DNA from: a virus
Lineage: Duplodnaviria; Caudoviricetes
Strand: one strand, 5' to 3'
DNA: 60,768 bases
IMG/VR virus record: IMGVR_UViG_3300027985_001221
Coordinates: 1 to 60,768 of that record
Both the position numbers and the translations under genes were made by a program. The first letter of the stretch is position 1; each line of letters opens with the position of its first letter. Positions 1-9,716 of this stretch are shown here, piece by piece. Under the pieces are notes generated by a model. The model ran no database searches and was not told the DNA's origin. It worked only from the letters and a program-made list of their open reading frames with translations.

Positions 1-144
1 TGGTATCTAGCATCTAGGTTCTGGTATCCAGCCTCTAATGTTTGGTATCCAGCATCTAGGTTCTGGTATCCAGCCTCTAATGTTTGGTATCTAGCATCTA
101 GGTTCTGGTATCCAATGTTCGATGTCTGATCACCTTTTTCCGGG
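1..144. repeat. Terminal direct repeat / circular assembly overlap (copy 1)
   Basis: 1-144 is identical to 60625-60768. Confidence 0.95.
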
Positions 145-294
145 CTCCTATGTCTTTGATCTGGCATCCGGGGTCTTATCCCCTTTTTCCGGGATCAGGG
201 CTCCGGTTTATTTCCTCCGTGATAAAAGGACTGCCTATTCGGGTAGTTGGTCTTTTTACCATGGTCAATAACTTCAACACAAGGAGAAACAGCA

Positions 295-600
295 ATGAAC
301 TATGAGCAATTCAGAAAAGGTTACAGGGAAGCAATCGAGCACATGATCAAATGGACAGATGCAAAGGAGAAAGATGTGGAATATCATGAAATCAGATATT
401 ACGCTTATCTTTCAGCCTTATTAATTAAAGAGACTTGGGAAGTGTCCGATTACGTTGATGCAATTATAACCGGTGATTTCCCACACTTGACCAGCATGGA
501 GGATCTGGACACCTATTTAAGAGAAACATTTGAAAGAGATAACAACCCTTACGTATTATTAATGAACATAATCGAAGAGATGAAAAACTACTTCGAATAA
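295..600 (+). CDS. Hypothetical protein
   Basis: ORF 247..600; ATG at 295 follows AAGGAG at 281-286. Confidence 0.7.
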   Translation: MNYEQFRKGYREAIEHMIKWTDAKEKDVEYHEIRYYAYLSALLIKETWEVSDYVDAIITGDFPHLTSMEDLDTYLRETFERDNNPYVLLMNIIEEMKNYFE

Positions 601-612
601 GGAGGAGAGGCC

Positions 613-1020
613 ATGACAAAGTATACCATATCAAATCCCCTTGATAAAACAGAAGCATACGAGGTGGAAAAGGAAGGGCTAGCAAACACACTGGCTACTA
701 GGGCTATAAAAATGCTAAACAGCGTGGAGGGTAAAGAAAACTGCTGGGTGAACCTGCAACTAATAGAAGATGGGAGGGTGACTAACCAGTGCGTTTCTGT
801 AAGTGTCCAACCTGATAAAACAGAAATCGTATCGGTGGTGGCGATAAACGAACTAGAACTGTCAACGTTATTGATCTTCATCGGGAAGCTCAATGGGAAA
901 GAATTCAAAACATTTATAACCCACGGGATTTACTCGCCCCTGAATGAACACCTAGTGGCATACAACGGTAGAAAACCAACAGTGTATGAGATAAAACAAT
1001 ACTTAATGGGAAATAGGTGA
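613..1020 (+). CDS. Hypothetical protein
   Basis: 135-aa ORF with GGAGG RBS. Confidence 0.7.
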   Translation: MTKYTISNPLDKTEAYEVEKEGLANTLATRAIKMLNSVEGKENCWVNLQLIEDGRVTNQCVSVSVQPDKTEIVSVVAINELELSTLLIFIGKLNGKEFKTFITHGIYSPLNEHLVAYNGRKPTVYEIKQYLMGNR

Positions 1021-1024
1021 AAAA

Positions 1025-1165
1025 ATGAGCATAAGGCTATTCTTGATCTACAAGAAAAACAAACACTGGGCAAGGTTGAGGAAGGAAGAAACCTTCGCAA
1101 GGATAATGTGGGAGAACTTAGGCTACCCGGACACAATCACTAGCAATTACGTATCGCGAGGTTGA
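1025..1165 (+). CDS. Small hypothetical protein (46 aa, MSIRLFLIYKK...)
   Basis: Read manually; ATG 4 nt after the upstream stop; below the ORF-track length cutoff. Confidence 0.4.
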   Translation: MSIRLFLIYKKNKHWARLRKEETFARIMWENLGYPDTITSNYVSRG

Positions 1166-1238
1166 GAGTGTCCTCCCGCGAGGGCACGCCCTTTTTTCCT
1201 TTTTAAAAAAGCCGACCATCGACAAAGGAGGTCAAAAG

Positions 1239-1460
1239 ATGACAAATTGTGAAATAGTGATGCCAAAACTTTGGACATCGACTTTACTTTTAACTTTATC
1301 GCGAAAACACATAACAAAATCAGACTCAGAAGCCCAAGTCAAATATGCCATGAAAATAATGGTGGCAAGGAGGTCAATAAAACACTTCTCCAAAAAAGAA
1401 ATGGTTGATGAATTGTTGAAGATGAAGGATGTCAATGACAACTATGATGTCCCATTTTGA
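1239..1460 (+). CDS. Hypothetical protein
   Basis: AAGGAGG RBS, 73 aa. Confidence 0.6.
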   Translation: MTNCEIVMPKLWTSTLLLTLSRKHITKSDSEAQVKYAMKIMVARRSIKHFSKKEMVDELLKMKDVNDNYDVPF

Positions 1461-1491
1461 TCGATGTGCAAATGTCCACTATAAACAGATA

Positions 1492-1520
1492 TTGACAGGG
1501 AGCCCTCGGCGTGGTATAAT
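1492..1520 (+). promoter_or_regulatory. Sigma70-type promoter with extended -10
   Basis: TTGACA-17nt-TATAAT with TG extension. Confidence 0.85.
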
Positions 1521-1569
1521 GAGGGTACCACAGAGGGTCAGATCAAATAACTCTAAAGGAGAGAAAACA

Positions 1570-1818
1570 ATGGCCGTAATCGAGTTGTACGTATTGTTGG
1601 ACAATAATGGAAGATTCTTAAAACTGTCCTCTAATCTGGAAAGTGCGATGTACCAAGCGGAAAAGATAGAGGCATCAAAGAGCAAATGTATAATCTGGTA
1701 TCATTCTTGTATTGGCACCTCGGATGAAAACTGGCAAGCATTCGGACCGGAAGACTTCAAAGAATACGATGGTAAACTGCCGTTGTACACCATCAAGAAA
1801 GAATCTACTGCGTATTAA
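1570..1818 (+). CDS. Hypothetical protein
   Basis: ORF 1429..1818; ATG at 1570 follows AAAGGAG and the promoter. Confidence 0.65.
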   Translation: MAVIELYVLLDNNGRFLKLSSNLESAMYQAEKIEASKSKCIIWYHSCIGTSDENWQAFGPEDFKEYDGKLPLYTIKKESTAY

Positions 1819-1829
1819 GGAGAAATGCC

Positions 1830-2060
1830 ATGGATTGGACACTACTGTACTTTCTATCGTATAATCATAACCTGTCAATGGCTCCCTTGGATGATTGGGT
1901 TCATCTCTGCAAACAAGTAACACACAGCAGAAGGAGCAATCGATATATAATGAAAATGTCAATGGAGCAAATACGTAAGTATAACGACCACACCATTGAG
2001 GACATCAAAAAAGGACTGCGGCCAAGACACGCAGAAATAATGGAGGAAGTGAATGAATAA
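1830..2060 (+). CDS. Hypothetical protein
   Basis: AAGGAG RBS; operon packing. Confidence 0.6.
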   Translation: MDWTLLYFLSYNHNLSMAPLDDWVHLCKQVTHSRRSNRYIMKMSMEQIRKYNDHTIEDIKKGLRPRHAEIMEEVNE

Positions 2061-2484
2061 GTCAATGTGGTTCATCGGTCATATGTTGGAAATAAAGCCA
2101 AGCAGGTATTTGAGTGGTGACAAAGAGGAGGCACTTGCAACTATCATGTGGATGGCCTATTGCCTCGGGTCACAACGGATGGATAGAATGCTAAAAAAGA
2201 ATCAACTAAACTCCAGAAAAATGGACGTACTCGTTGAAAAATATACGGCCAACCTCCTTGACCGGGACGAAAGAATTTTGGTCAATTGGCTCTTGTTTGA
2301 TATGATGTACGAAAATGCCGAGTCACTGCAGGGTGTCAGGGTCAGTAAGACGATGAGCCTTCGACAGAGATCCAAAAGATACGAAAAATTCTGGTATGGA
2401 TATAGCAAATCCAATAAGGCAATGGCCAATGACATTAAAACTTACCTCTCCCTCATGGGGAATATAAGGTTTAAAGGATTATGA
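2053..2484 (+). CDS. Hypothetical protein
   Basis: Overlapping start/stop with neighbours. Confidence 0.65.
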   Translation: MNKSMWFIGHMLEIKPSRYLSGDKEEALATIMWMAYCLGSQRMDRMLKKNQLNSRKMDVLVEKYTANLLDRDERILVNWLLFDMMYENAESLQGVRVSKTMSLRQRSKRYEKFWYGYSKSNKAMANDIKTYLSLMGNIRFKGL

Positions 2485-2909
2485 TCCAAGACTGGTTTTA
2501 TCGACATAACGTAAATGCCAGGATGAAGCTGGTCATAGTTTTAAAAGATTATGATCAGCTTGAATACTTCACTGCCATCAACTACGCCCTTCATATTAGG
2601 TATAGTGAAAGGGCAAAAGACAAATACAGAAGGGAGGCTGCAAAGAATCCGACTGCCATCTTGTTCTATGACGACACGCAAAACGATGTTCCTCGGAAGT
2701 GTCCTCATTTGGGCGACAAAGAATTAAACATAAACTGGATTGCGTTCCATTGTCTCACTACCCCGCTAATTAAAGCAAGGCAGTGGGCATATAACAGACG
2801 ATTCAGAAGAATGCTATCTAACTGGTGTTGGCAACAAGATGTTGTTGACTACTTAAAACACATGGAGAGGACCTATGGAATGGTTCAAAGGATACCTGTT
2901 GGGAAATAG
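2481..2909 (+). CDS. Hypothetical protein with PRKCPHLGD motif (copy 1)
   Basis: Motif shared with the next two ORFs. Confidence 0.7.
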   Translation: MIQDWFYRHNVNARMKLVIVLKDYDQLEYFTAINYALHIRYSERAKDKYRREAAKNPTAILFYDDTQNDVPRKCPHLGDKELNINWIAFHCLTTPLIKARQWAYNRRFRRMLSNWCWQQDVVDYLKHMERTYGMVQRIPVGK

Positions 2910-3243
2910 TCCTAAACTGTTATGGGTGATGCCGAATGATGATATAAAAATGGCAGTGAAGAGGATGATGTTCACCCTCAGGGGCACTGCAAGATTTAAT
3001 AAATACATCACACGGTTTCCCTATAGTTATAGTACGGAGCCAGTAACAGTTAAACCAAGAAAATGCCCCCATCTCGGGGACCGCCCGATCACAATGAACT
3101 GGATTGCATTCAACCAACTGAATGATACGGGCCAATACCACTCAAAACGGTTAATCAGTTTTTCGGGTACTGGAAAGTGGTACTGCGATTATGCTAAATT
3201 CAAATATATCAAGGTGGAGGATCTACTCAATGAAATGGGCTGA
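2875..3243 (+). CDS. Hypothetical protein with PRKCPHLGD motif (copy 2)
   Basis: GGAGAGG RBS; shared motif. Confidence 0.7.
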   Translation: MEWFKGYLLGNSPKLLWVMPNDDIKMAVKRMMFTLRGTARFNKYITRFPYSYSTEPVTVKPRKCPHLGDRPITMNWIAFNQLNDTGQYHSKRLISFSGTGKWYCDYAKFKYIKVEDLLNEMG

Positions 3244-3253
3244 GGGATTGATA

Positions 3254-3949
3254 ATGGAATTGAAACAAATGGTAATGCCATTCGATGATAACTCAGCAAG
3301 GTATACCGAGGAAATGGTACCCTCCAAAAGATTGAACCTGATGGATATGAAACACAGGGGAACGACTGACTATGACAAAGACGTAGCAATCAGGGAGATG
3401 ATGACACCCCGGAAGTGTCCTCATTTGGGTGACAAAGTGTTAACAATGGCATGGCAAGCGCATTACAACATGTCTATAGATATGGAATTAAAGAATTCTT
3501 ATTCGCCTCAATCTACCCCCCTCAAACAGTACAGGCTGATGAAAAGGTTCATGAGGAAGGCCCAACAGAGAAAACATGAAGGGTTCGAGTGGTTGAAAGA
3601 ATACTACTACTTGCTGGATGACACTGTTTGGGTAGACAGCGATTGGGACACTGTTAAGGGGGTATGGAATGAAGATCTGTTCAAGTATGACAACATCACC
3701 CATGACAGGTTCGAGAAGAAAATCAAGATGACAAGAACTTTCATCAATGATAAACCCGCCCTAGTATTTGATGGCGGTCCCACTGGTCATGAAAGGTATT
3801 ACATCGAAGATTTGATTGACCCATTGATCATGGACTACAACCGGGAGGGTCTTTGTATCTGTGCTGGCACTGTTAATAGGTGGCCTCAGTGCAATGTAAA
3901 ATGGAAACACATCATGCTATTCCTTAGCATTTATCCGGGGATGGCATAA
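3254..3949 (+). CDS. Hypothetical protein with PRKCPHLGD motif (copy 3) plus a C-terminal domain
   Basis: ORF 3191..3949, likely start 3254; shared motif. Confidence 0.7.
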   Translation: MELKQMVMPFDDNSARYTEEMVPSKRLNLMDMKHRGTTDYDKDVAIREMMTPRKCPHLGDKVLTMAWQAHYNMSIDMELKNSYSPQSTPLKQYRLMKRFMRKAQQRKHEGFEWLKEYYYLLDDTVWVDSDWDTVKGVWNEDLFKYDNITHDRFEKKIKMTRTFINDKPALVFDGGPTGHERYYIEDLIDPLIMDYNREGLCICAGTVNRWPQCNVKWKHIMLFLSIYPGMA

Positions 3950-3962
3950 CGCAAACGATGGA

Positions 3963-3991
3963 TTGACAGGCGACCGCCGCTGTGATACAAT
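3963..3991 (+). promoter_or_regulatory. Sigma70-type promoter
   Basis: TTGACA-17nt-TACAAT with TG extension. Confidence 0.8.
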
Positions 3992-4030
3992 GGAGGGTGG
4001 TCGCCACTTACAAAAACAAGGAGATTAAAA

Positions 4031-4801
4031 ATGGACAAAATTGCTTATTTCGATGAGATGATGGGAACTTGGAATAACTGCATACCTACTGATCTTATGT
4101 TCAGAGAATTCGAAGGTATGAGGACAGGAAACAAAGTCGGCAATGACAATGAAGTCGTAAAGGTCATGAACATGACGACAAAATTGATGATGTCCGGCCT
4201 CAAAGACTTAGACAGTGAAATAGTTAAACAAAAGATAATGGTAATCAATCGGATAGCCACCTTCTATCACAATTACCTGTGCAACAATGTCATTGAATAT
4301 AAGACAAGAACCATGAAGTTCAAAAATGCCATGGTGTATCAATCGATTATCACTACGGCAATGCCATATGCCGTTTTCAAGGTGGGAGATGTGAATGATG
4401 ATTTCACTATATCAGTCACCGTGAAAAATATCAAGCTAAAAGATCTGGTGATGGCCGCTGAACTTGATATTGCATCTGGCGTAATGAATGCAATGCCTTT
4501 TATAATCAGTGCATCCACTGATATCCCCCATGAAAACATCGGTGCCACTCTGCATAAGGTAATGGAGGCCTTCAATCATTATTTTATGGTGATCCAAAAT
4601 TCTCACGAATCCCTATTGAGGGATGAAGAATTAAAAGGATTGTGGTGCTGCCCCGAAGAAAAAGAGTTGTACGATAATCTGTTTCAACAAATGATGGAAA
4701 GACTCAGAAAAGAATCTCGTTTTGCCAGTGTCGTTGCAGTCGATAACGACAAAAACTTCCCAAATAAAAATATAGTTAAAGTTGGCAATCAGCCGAATTG
4801 A
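4031..4801 (+). CDS. Hypothetical protein
   Basis: 256 aa, AAGGAG RBS. Confidence 0.75.
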   Translation: MDKIAYFDEMMGTWNNCIPTDLMFREFEGMRTGNKVGNDNEVVKVMNMTTKLMMSGLKDLDSEIVKQKIMVINRIATFYHNYLCNNVIEYKTRTMKFKNAMVYQSIITTAMPYAVFKVGDVNDDFTISVTVKNIKLKDLVMAAELDIASGVMNAMPFIISASTDIPHENIGATLHKVMEAFNHYFMVIQNSHESLLRDEELKGLWCCPEEKELYDNLFQQMMERLRKESRFASVVAVDNDKNFPNKNIVKVGNQPN

Positions 4802-4924
4802 CGGTGGCTCGGCATGGCGGCAGGCTCGCTGGGGCCAGCGATGGCCTCGGCTTGACCGCCGCTCGGCGTGAGCCCGCCCCGGCGTGGGTGAGCCCGCTCC
4901 GGGCCAGCCGCCCCGCTCCGGGCC
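4801..4924. other. GC-rich intergenic island with internal repeats
   Basis: 24 A/T in 4801-4920 (80% GC); GTGAGCCCGC x2 and CCCGCTCCGGGCC x2. Confidence 0.8.
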
Positions 4925-5022
4925 TCTCTTCAACAAAGGATTCAATAATGGAAAAATTGCTGATTGTGCTGTTTATTGCGGCATTAACAGTTGCATTAAG
5001 TCTACTCCCTTGAGGTGTCCAC

Positions 5023-5244
5023 ATGGCAGAACCTGATAGAAAAATGACTAGGCCCCTTGGCTGTTTCTTTATTACCACTAAATTCAATTGCACTATGGCA
5101 ATCAATGTTAACATGGTAAGAATGATAAGAAGAGACAGTGATAACAAAATCGTGGTTGTTACTGAGGATAATGACCACACAGCATTGGAATGTTGGGAGG
5201 TGGTAGTTGATAGATTCAACGAAGCAAGATCGGAGGTGTTGTAA
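5023..5244 (+). CDS. Hypothetical protein
   Basis: GAGGT RBS, coupled to the next ORF. Confidence 0.6.
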   Translation: MAEPDRKMTRPLGCFFITTKFNCTMAINVNMVRMIRRDSDNKIVVVTEDNDHTALECWEVVVDRFNEARSEVL

Positions 5245-5459
5245 TGAAAAATGACGAAATCAGTGAAGAAGACAAAAGTTGGATTGACAATGCCAGTTAT
5301 GAAGAATTGCTTAGTAGATGGAGGTTTGCGCCCTGCGGTACTAAGATTTTTCAAGGTAGAACTGGTGATTACTTCCAGCAAACAATGATGAGAAAAAAGA
5401 AAGAAATAGGAGATGATGAAGCAGTTAGAATAAGTAAGAGGATAGGATGGGAAAGATGA
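5244..5459 (+). CDS. Hypothetical protein
   Basis: GGAGGT RBS, TAATG coupling. Confidence 0.65.
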   Translation: MKNDEISEEDKSWIDNASYEELLSRWRFAPCGTKIFQGRTGDYFQQTMMRKKKEIGDDEAVRISKRIGWER

Positions 5460-5472
5460 CATATTAACGGTT

Positions 5473-7083
5473 ATGGAGACTAACATGTCGTATGCTGAGG
5501 ATCTTTACAAAATCTTTGCAGGGAATAAAAGATCATTTGGCCAGTTCACTCCTAAGAACGGCAAAATGTTCACTGAAAAAAGGGAGGTATCAATAGATGA
5601 TTTTAGAAATCACTTAGAAGGTAATTTAGGCATAGGTATTGTACCAATTCTGGATGATCAATCCTGTTTATGGGGTGCAATAGACATCGATAATCACGGA
5701 GACAAAGTAGTTAATATAGACTCAGTGGTAAAGGCGGTATGGGACAGGGGTCTTCCATTAGTTCCTTGCCGATCAAAATCGGGTGGCGTGCATCTATACC
5801 TATTTGGAGCAGATATCTTACCGGCTAAATTGGTAAGATTATTATTAACAAAGTGGGCAAAAGACCTAGGTTTCGGGGGGTCAGAAGTGTTCCCGAAACA
5901 AGTATCACTTCGAGATAATGAACTCGGCAACTGGATAAACTTACCATACTTCGAGGCGGATAAAACAAGTAGATACGCCATGAAGTTTGATAATGGCAAT
6001 GTCGAAAAGATATCACTAGATGATTTCATTATCGAGGCCAAGCATGTTGCAGTGTCCAAGGAAGTGCTACTCAAATTTGCAATACTTGGACACGAAGAAG
6101 CACCACCCTGCATACAACGTATGATACAGGGTGAAGTTGAAAGAGGATATCGTAACGAGTCAATCTATAACCTAACAATCTACTTTAGAAGGGCATTCTC
6201 GGACACTAACTACAGGGAATACGTCTATGATCTTAACATGGTCATTTTCGACAAACCCCTCCCGTTTGAAGAAGTAAAGAAAACTGTTGAGAGTGCCAGC
6301 CGCCGAGAGTATAAGTATAAGTGCATGGAAGAACCCTGCAAGGGGTTTTGCAGCCTAGATACTTGTATGCAGCGGAAGTGGGGGATTTCGAAGGAAGATT
6401 CAACTGCTGTTGCAGTGGGACTCCCGGAATTTTCTAAACTATCCATCATAAAAACAGATCCACCTCTATGGGAACTAACGGTTGAAAGTAAAAAGATAGT
6501 TCTCACCACCAAACAACTGAGATGTTTTCAGTCAGTAGCAGAAATGGTAATGGAAAAACTGCTACGAGTCATCCCGATGATGAAAAACGGGGATTGGATG
6601 AACAAATTATCCTCCCTGATGCAAGATGTAGAAGAAATCGAAACACCTGATGATGCTTCCGTTCCAGGCATCATAAAATCACGCCTACAAGAATTTTTAG
6701 AGAAAGCAGATTTGTCTAGTAATGGTACGGACACTGCAGAAAGAGATCTAATGGAAAGAGGTCTTCCCGTTGTGCAAGAGCTCGGCACAATGGGTGATCG
6801 TGTTGTAATGTTCAAGGGTACACAATTCATTAATTTCTTGAAGCGGACCAAATCAGAAGAGACAAAGGGTGCTGACCTCTGGACAATCATGAGGAGTATT
6901 GGGGTGTCCCATCGTCGGGTAAGAATTGGTGGAAATGTCAGGAATGTATGGCTAGCCCCACTGGATGATTACAATAGGACGATTCTTGATCCTGAATATG
7001 GCAAACCTAAGACCATTGAAGAAATGGAACAGGAAGAAAAGGATAGAGAGTCACGTAAATTAATAACTAAGATGGAGTTCTGA
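5473..7083 (+). CDS. AEP-superfamily primase/polymerase with PriCT-like and Cys-rich regions
   Basis: WGAIDID (DxD), RSKSGGVHLYLF and GNWINLPY motifs; APPCI...RNE; YKC..EPC...C....C. Confidence 0.85.
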   Translation: METNMSYAEDLYKIFAGNKRSFGQFTPKNGKMFTEKREVSIDDFRNHLEGNLGIGIVPILDDQSCLWGAIDIDNHGDKVVNIDSVVKAVWDRGLPLVPCRSKSGGVHLYLFGADILPAKLVRLLLTKWAKDLGFGGSEVFPKQVSLRDNELGNWINLPYFEADKTSRYAMKFDNGNVEKISLDDFIIEAKHVAVSKEVLLKFAILGHEEAPPCIQRMIQGEVERGYRNESIYNLTIYFRRAFSDTNYREYVYDLNMVIFDKPLPFEEVKKTVESASRREYKYKCMEEPCKGFCSLDTCMQRKWGISKEDSTAVAVGLPEFSKLSIIKTDPPLWELTVESKKIVLTTKQLRCFQSVAEMVMEKLLRVIPMMKNGDWMNKLSSLMQDVEEIETPDDASVPGIIKSRLQEFLEKADLSSNGTDTAERDLMERGLPVVQELGTMGDRVVMFKGTQFINFLKRTKSEETKGADLWTIMRSIGVSHRRVRIGGNVRNVWLAPLDDYNRTILDPEYGKPKTIEEMEQEEKDRESRKLITKMEF

Positions 7084-7084
7084 T

Positions 7085-7363
7085 GTGGATGAAATGGTGG
7101 ATGTGAATTTTGTCAATCATCTGCCACATTGGGCCACCAAGTTGTGCACCGATGGAAAGTTGTGTGTCGGTGCACAACTACCAACTAGGGATGGTAGGAA
7201 AATTGGAAACGCCTACATCATAGAGGATATGGGTGGTGTATACAATATACTAACCGATGCTGGTACCAAATTAACCATAACCGAGAATGAAGTACACAGA
7301 TTGTTTTATCGGCCTAGGTATATAGCCGATGTGCAAGAGGTACTTAAAAAATTCGAGAGGTAA
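7085..7363 (+). CDS. Hypothetical phage protein
   Basis: ORF in tight operon. Confidence 0.6.
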   Translation: MDEMVDVNFVNHLPHWATKLCTDGKLCVGAQLPTRDGRKIGNAYIIEDMGGVYNILTDAGTKLTITENEVHRLFYRPRYIADVQEVLKKFER

Positions 7364-7365
7364 TC

Positions 7366-7737
7366 ATGAGTCACGAAGAGTATAAGAAATGCATGAGGTG
7401 CAAAGCATTTGAAGGTAAATGTCATTCAGAGGACCCCAATGGCACCTGTCCAAATTGGTCAGTTGCTGATAATGTATTCAGGATGGTCGAAGTGGTTCCT
7501 GTTTGCGTCTTATGCAATAAGGAAATACCACAAGAGCCATTTGCCGGGGTCGGTCGGGAAAACAGGATTCATATCAATAACAAAATATTCAGGCCAATCT
7601 GTCAATTTTGTATGATGTCAGTGATTGGACTGATGGAAACCATATACGAAAATGAACTCCCGGAAGGAAAAGTGGGGGAACCAAACCGTTATGAAAAATA
7701 TACAACTGTTACTGATGGGAGGACCAGCCAAACATGA
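7366..7737 (+). CDS. Cys-rich hypothetical protein
   Basis: Several CxxC pairs. Confidence 0.6.
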   Translation: MSHEEYKKCMRCKAFEGKCHSEDPNGTCPNWSVADNVFRMVEVVPVCVLCNKEIPQEPFAGVGRENRIHINNKIFRPICQFCMMSVIGLMETIYENELPEGKVGEPNRYEKYTTVTDGRTSQT

Positions 7738-7961
7738 TCATAGACACTGATAAAGTCAATTTTCATTGTTATAGTTGCTCAAAGACATTAGATATAGACT
7801 TTAAGAGTGAGAAAGTGGCAATTGTGCCGATGTGCGAAGAATGCCTGGAAACGCTGAAAGAAGAAATAAGTAAAGAAACCGGCGAAATGGAATGGATAAG
7901 GGGCTATAACAAGGGCATGTCTGATGGTATTGAAATAGATAAATCGGAGGAAGGGCTATGA
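7734..7961 (+). CDS. Small zinc-ribbon hypothetical protein
   Basis: CYSC...CEEC. Confidence 0.6.
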   Translation: MIIDTDKVNFHCYSCSKTLDIDFKSEKVAIVPMCEECLETLKEEISKETGEMEWIRGYNKGMSDGIEIDKSEEGL

Positions 7962-8275
7962 GTGACAAATGGCAAAACGGATACGAGGAAGGATTTAAGG
8001 AAGGATATGACCAATGCGCTAGCGACGTAATGAAAGATACTGAACTCAATTATGTTACCATGGGGCAACAGCATATCCATAAGATCAATGGACAGGTTAT
8101 TGATCGCAATTGTGTGGCAGTGTTTGAATCTGAAAAGGGGGTGGGGAGAAGGAAGGCATTCGAGTTATTCGATGTTAAATTCTGTTTCCATTATCCAGAG
8201 AATGAATGGAACAGGAAATTGAAGGATGACCCGGATATGATGCAATATTATCCAAGGGGATACATCAGGATATGA
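7958..8275 (+). CDS. Hypothetical protein
   Basis: ATGA coupling. Confidence 0.6.
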   Translation: MSDKWQNGYEEGFKEGYDQCASDVMKDTELNYVTMGQQHIHKINGQVIDRNCVAVFESEKGVGRRKAFELFDVKFCFHYPENEWNRKLKDDPDMMQYYPRGYIRI

Positions 8276-8802
8276 TAAATGATGAAAAAGTGAAAAAAAG
8301 GCATGAGTTAAATAATAAAATACACTACATCAAATTAAAAAGGGAAATGAATGAATTGGGCATATCAATGACAAACAGTGGAAAAGAATTTGATGCCATG
8401 ATCCTTGATGAAGACAATGAGTGGCATGAGCAAAGTGTTATGGCTCCTGACCATAAGCATGCTGCAGAAAGGGCGTTGGAGATAATAGAATCAAATTGGG
8501 CCGAGTATGGATCAATTAACAGGCCATATAAAGTGCTTGTTAAATTAAAAAGTGAAGATTCGTGGGATCAATTTGAAGTGTCCGGGGAGGCAGTGATACT
8601 ATATTTTGCTAAACCGACCAAGTATGATAGGATGATGTCCCCCGAGGGCATGGCACTCAAACGGGAATTTGACGAAATGCATGATGATGCAGCCTGTTCA
8701 TGCCATATGCATCCCCCCTGTCCAGTATGTACACATCCGGGGAATCCAGTGAATCTGCAGGAAAACCCTGATGCATGGTTGAAGCTAAAGATCAATGAAT
8801 AG
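8272..8802 (+). CDS. Hypothetical protein with CSCHxxPPCxxC motif
   Basis: CSCHMHPPCPVCT near the C-terminus. Confidence 0.65.
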   Translation: MINDEKVKKRHELNNKIHYIKLKREMNELGISMTNSGKEFDAMILDEDNEWHEQSVMAPDHKHAAERALEIIESNWAEYGSINRPYKVLVKLKSEDSWDQFEVSGEAVILYFAKPTKYDRMMSPEGMALKREFDEMHDDAACSCHMHPPCPVCTHPGNPVNLQENPDAWLKLKINE

Positions 8803-8831
8803 TTACTATAAACAGTCACTGTAAAGACTAC

Positions 8832-8860
8832 TTGACGGCAGTGGCTCGGTATGGTATACT
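8832..8860 (+). promoter_or_regulatory. Sigma70-type promoter
   Basis: TTGACG-17nt-TATACT with TG extension. Confidence 0.75.
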
Positions 8861-8912
8861 GATCGACAGGAGGCAGGATCGTCCCGCCTCCTTTACCATT
8901 TAGAGGCACTGA

Positions 8913-9158
8913 ATGGAAATATTAATAATAGGAACAGGAGAACGAGCTATGAATCTGAGAGATCATCTACAAATGTATTTGCCAACGTTTCCGCCAACAA
9001 TATCAGTAAAAGAACAATTGGCAATGGCATTAACCGCCACCCCATCATTATTGGATGGGTTTGTTCCGAATACCGGATCTTCTTCAATCCGTCCTTTTCC
9101 CCGTAGAATCAACAGTAAAAAAGCATGGAAAATGCGGGGAAAGAGGCCATCAAAATGA
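8913..9158 (+). CDS. Hypothetical protein
   Basis: ORF downstream of the promoter. Confidence 0.5.
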   Translation: MEILIIGTGERAMNLRDHLQMYLPTFPPTISVKEQLAMALTATPSLLDGFVPNTGSSSIRPFPRRINSKKAWKMRGKRPSK

Positions 9159-9469
9159 GTGATGAGCAGCCAGTAGAGAAAAAAATGGAGATGATCAGAA
9201 TTGCTATCAAGTATTATGTAGTCGATAACAATTTTGAGGTCGAAACTAACACAACTCACCCATCTGATCTAGTGATAGAGTACATTAGATCACAAATCGG
9301 AGCGGGAGAGGACACTTCCCCAGCAAATCGAAAGTCAAAGTATGAAATAGTCATATACCTTGATTTGAGTGATGATTCATTCAAGGTGGTGCATGACTGT
9401 GGCAATGAAGGACTGATGTTGGGCATCCTGATGGAGTACATAAAATATGTCAAACGAATCGAAGGTTGA
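9155..9469 (+). CDS. Hypothetical protein
   Basis: ORF 9125..9469, ATGA-coupled start at 9155. Confidence 0.6.
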   Translation: MSDEQPVEKKMEMIRIAIKYYVVDNNFEVETNTTHPSDLVIEYIRSQIGAGEDTSPANRKSKYEIVIYLDLSDDSFKVVHDCGNEGLMLGILMEYIKYVKRIEG

Positions 9470-9716
9470 TATATCTTGGAAAAGTGAGGGGGCAGTATTA
9501 AAGGGAATGGTTGGTAGTGTCAGGGTGGCTTACATTGCCAATAATTACACAAGGCCAAAGGGCAACACAAAGGATGCATATAAGGCCGTGTTACTGCTCC
9601 CCGATGGGGTGGGCCACACTAAGGTTGAATATCACAGAACCCAATCCGAATCAGTACAATGGCTGGAGTTGAGGATAAGAATATGGATGGAGAAAATAAA
9701 ACACTTTCTAGTATAA
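9447..9716 (+). CDS. Hypothetical protein (tandem paralogue A)
   Basis: Aligns by eye with 9659..9949. Confidence 0.6.
   Translation: MSNESKVDISWKSEGAVLKGMVGSVRVAYIANNYTRPKGNTKDAYKAVLLLPDGVGHTKVEYHRTQSESVQWLELRIRIWMEKIKHFLV

Noticed and set aside
1-144. Biological direct terminal repeat
   Set aside because: It cannot be told apart from an assembler overlap and it begins mid-repeat; read data are needed.
2691-3440. Rieske [2Fe-2S] proteins
   Set aside because: Only a CxH-like box is present; the second CxxH box is missing from all three ORFs.
4631-5013. ORFs 4631..4945 (-) and 4798..5013 (+) as real genes
   Set aside because: They stay open because the GC island lacks stop codons; at most a 21-aa hydrophobic peptide from ATG 4948 is plausible.
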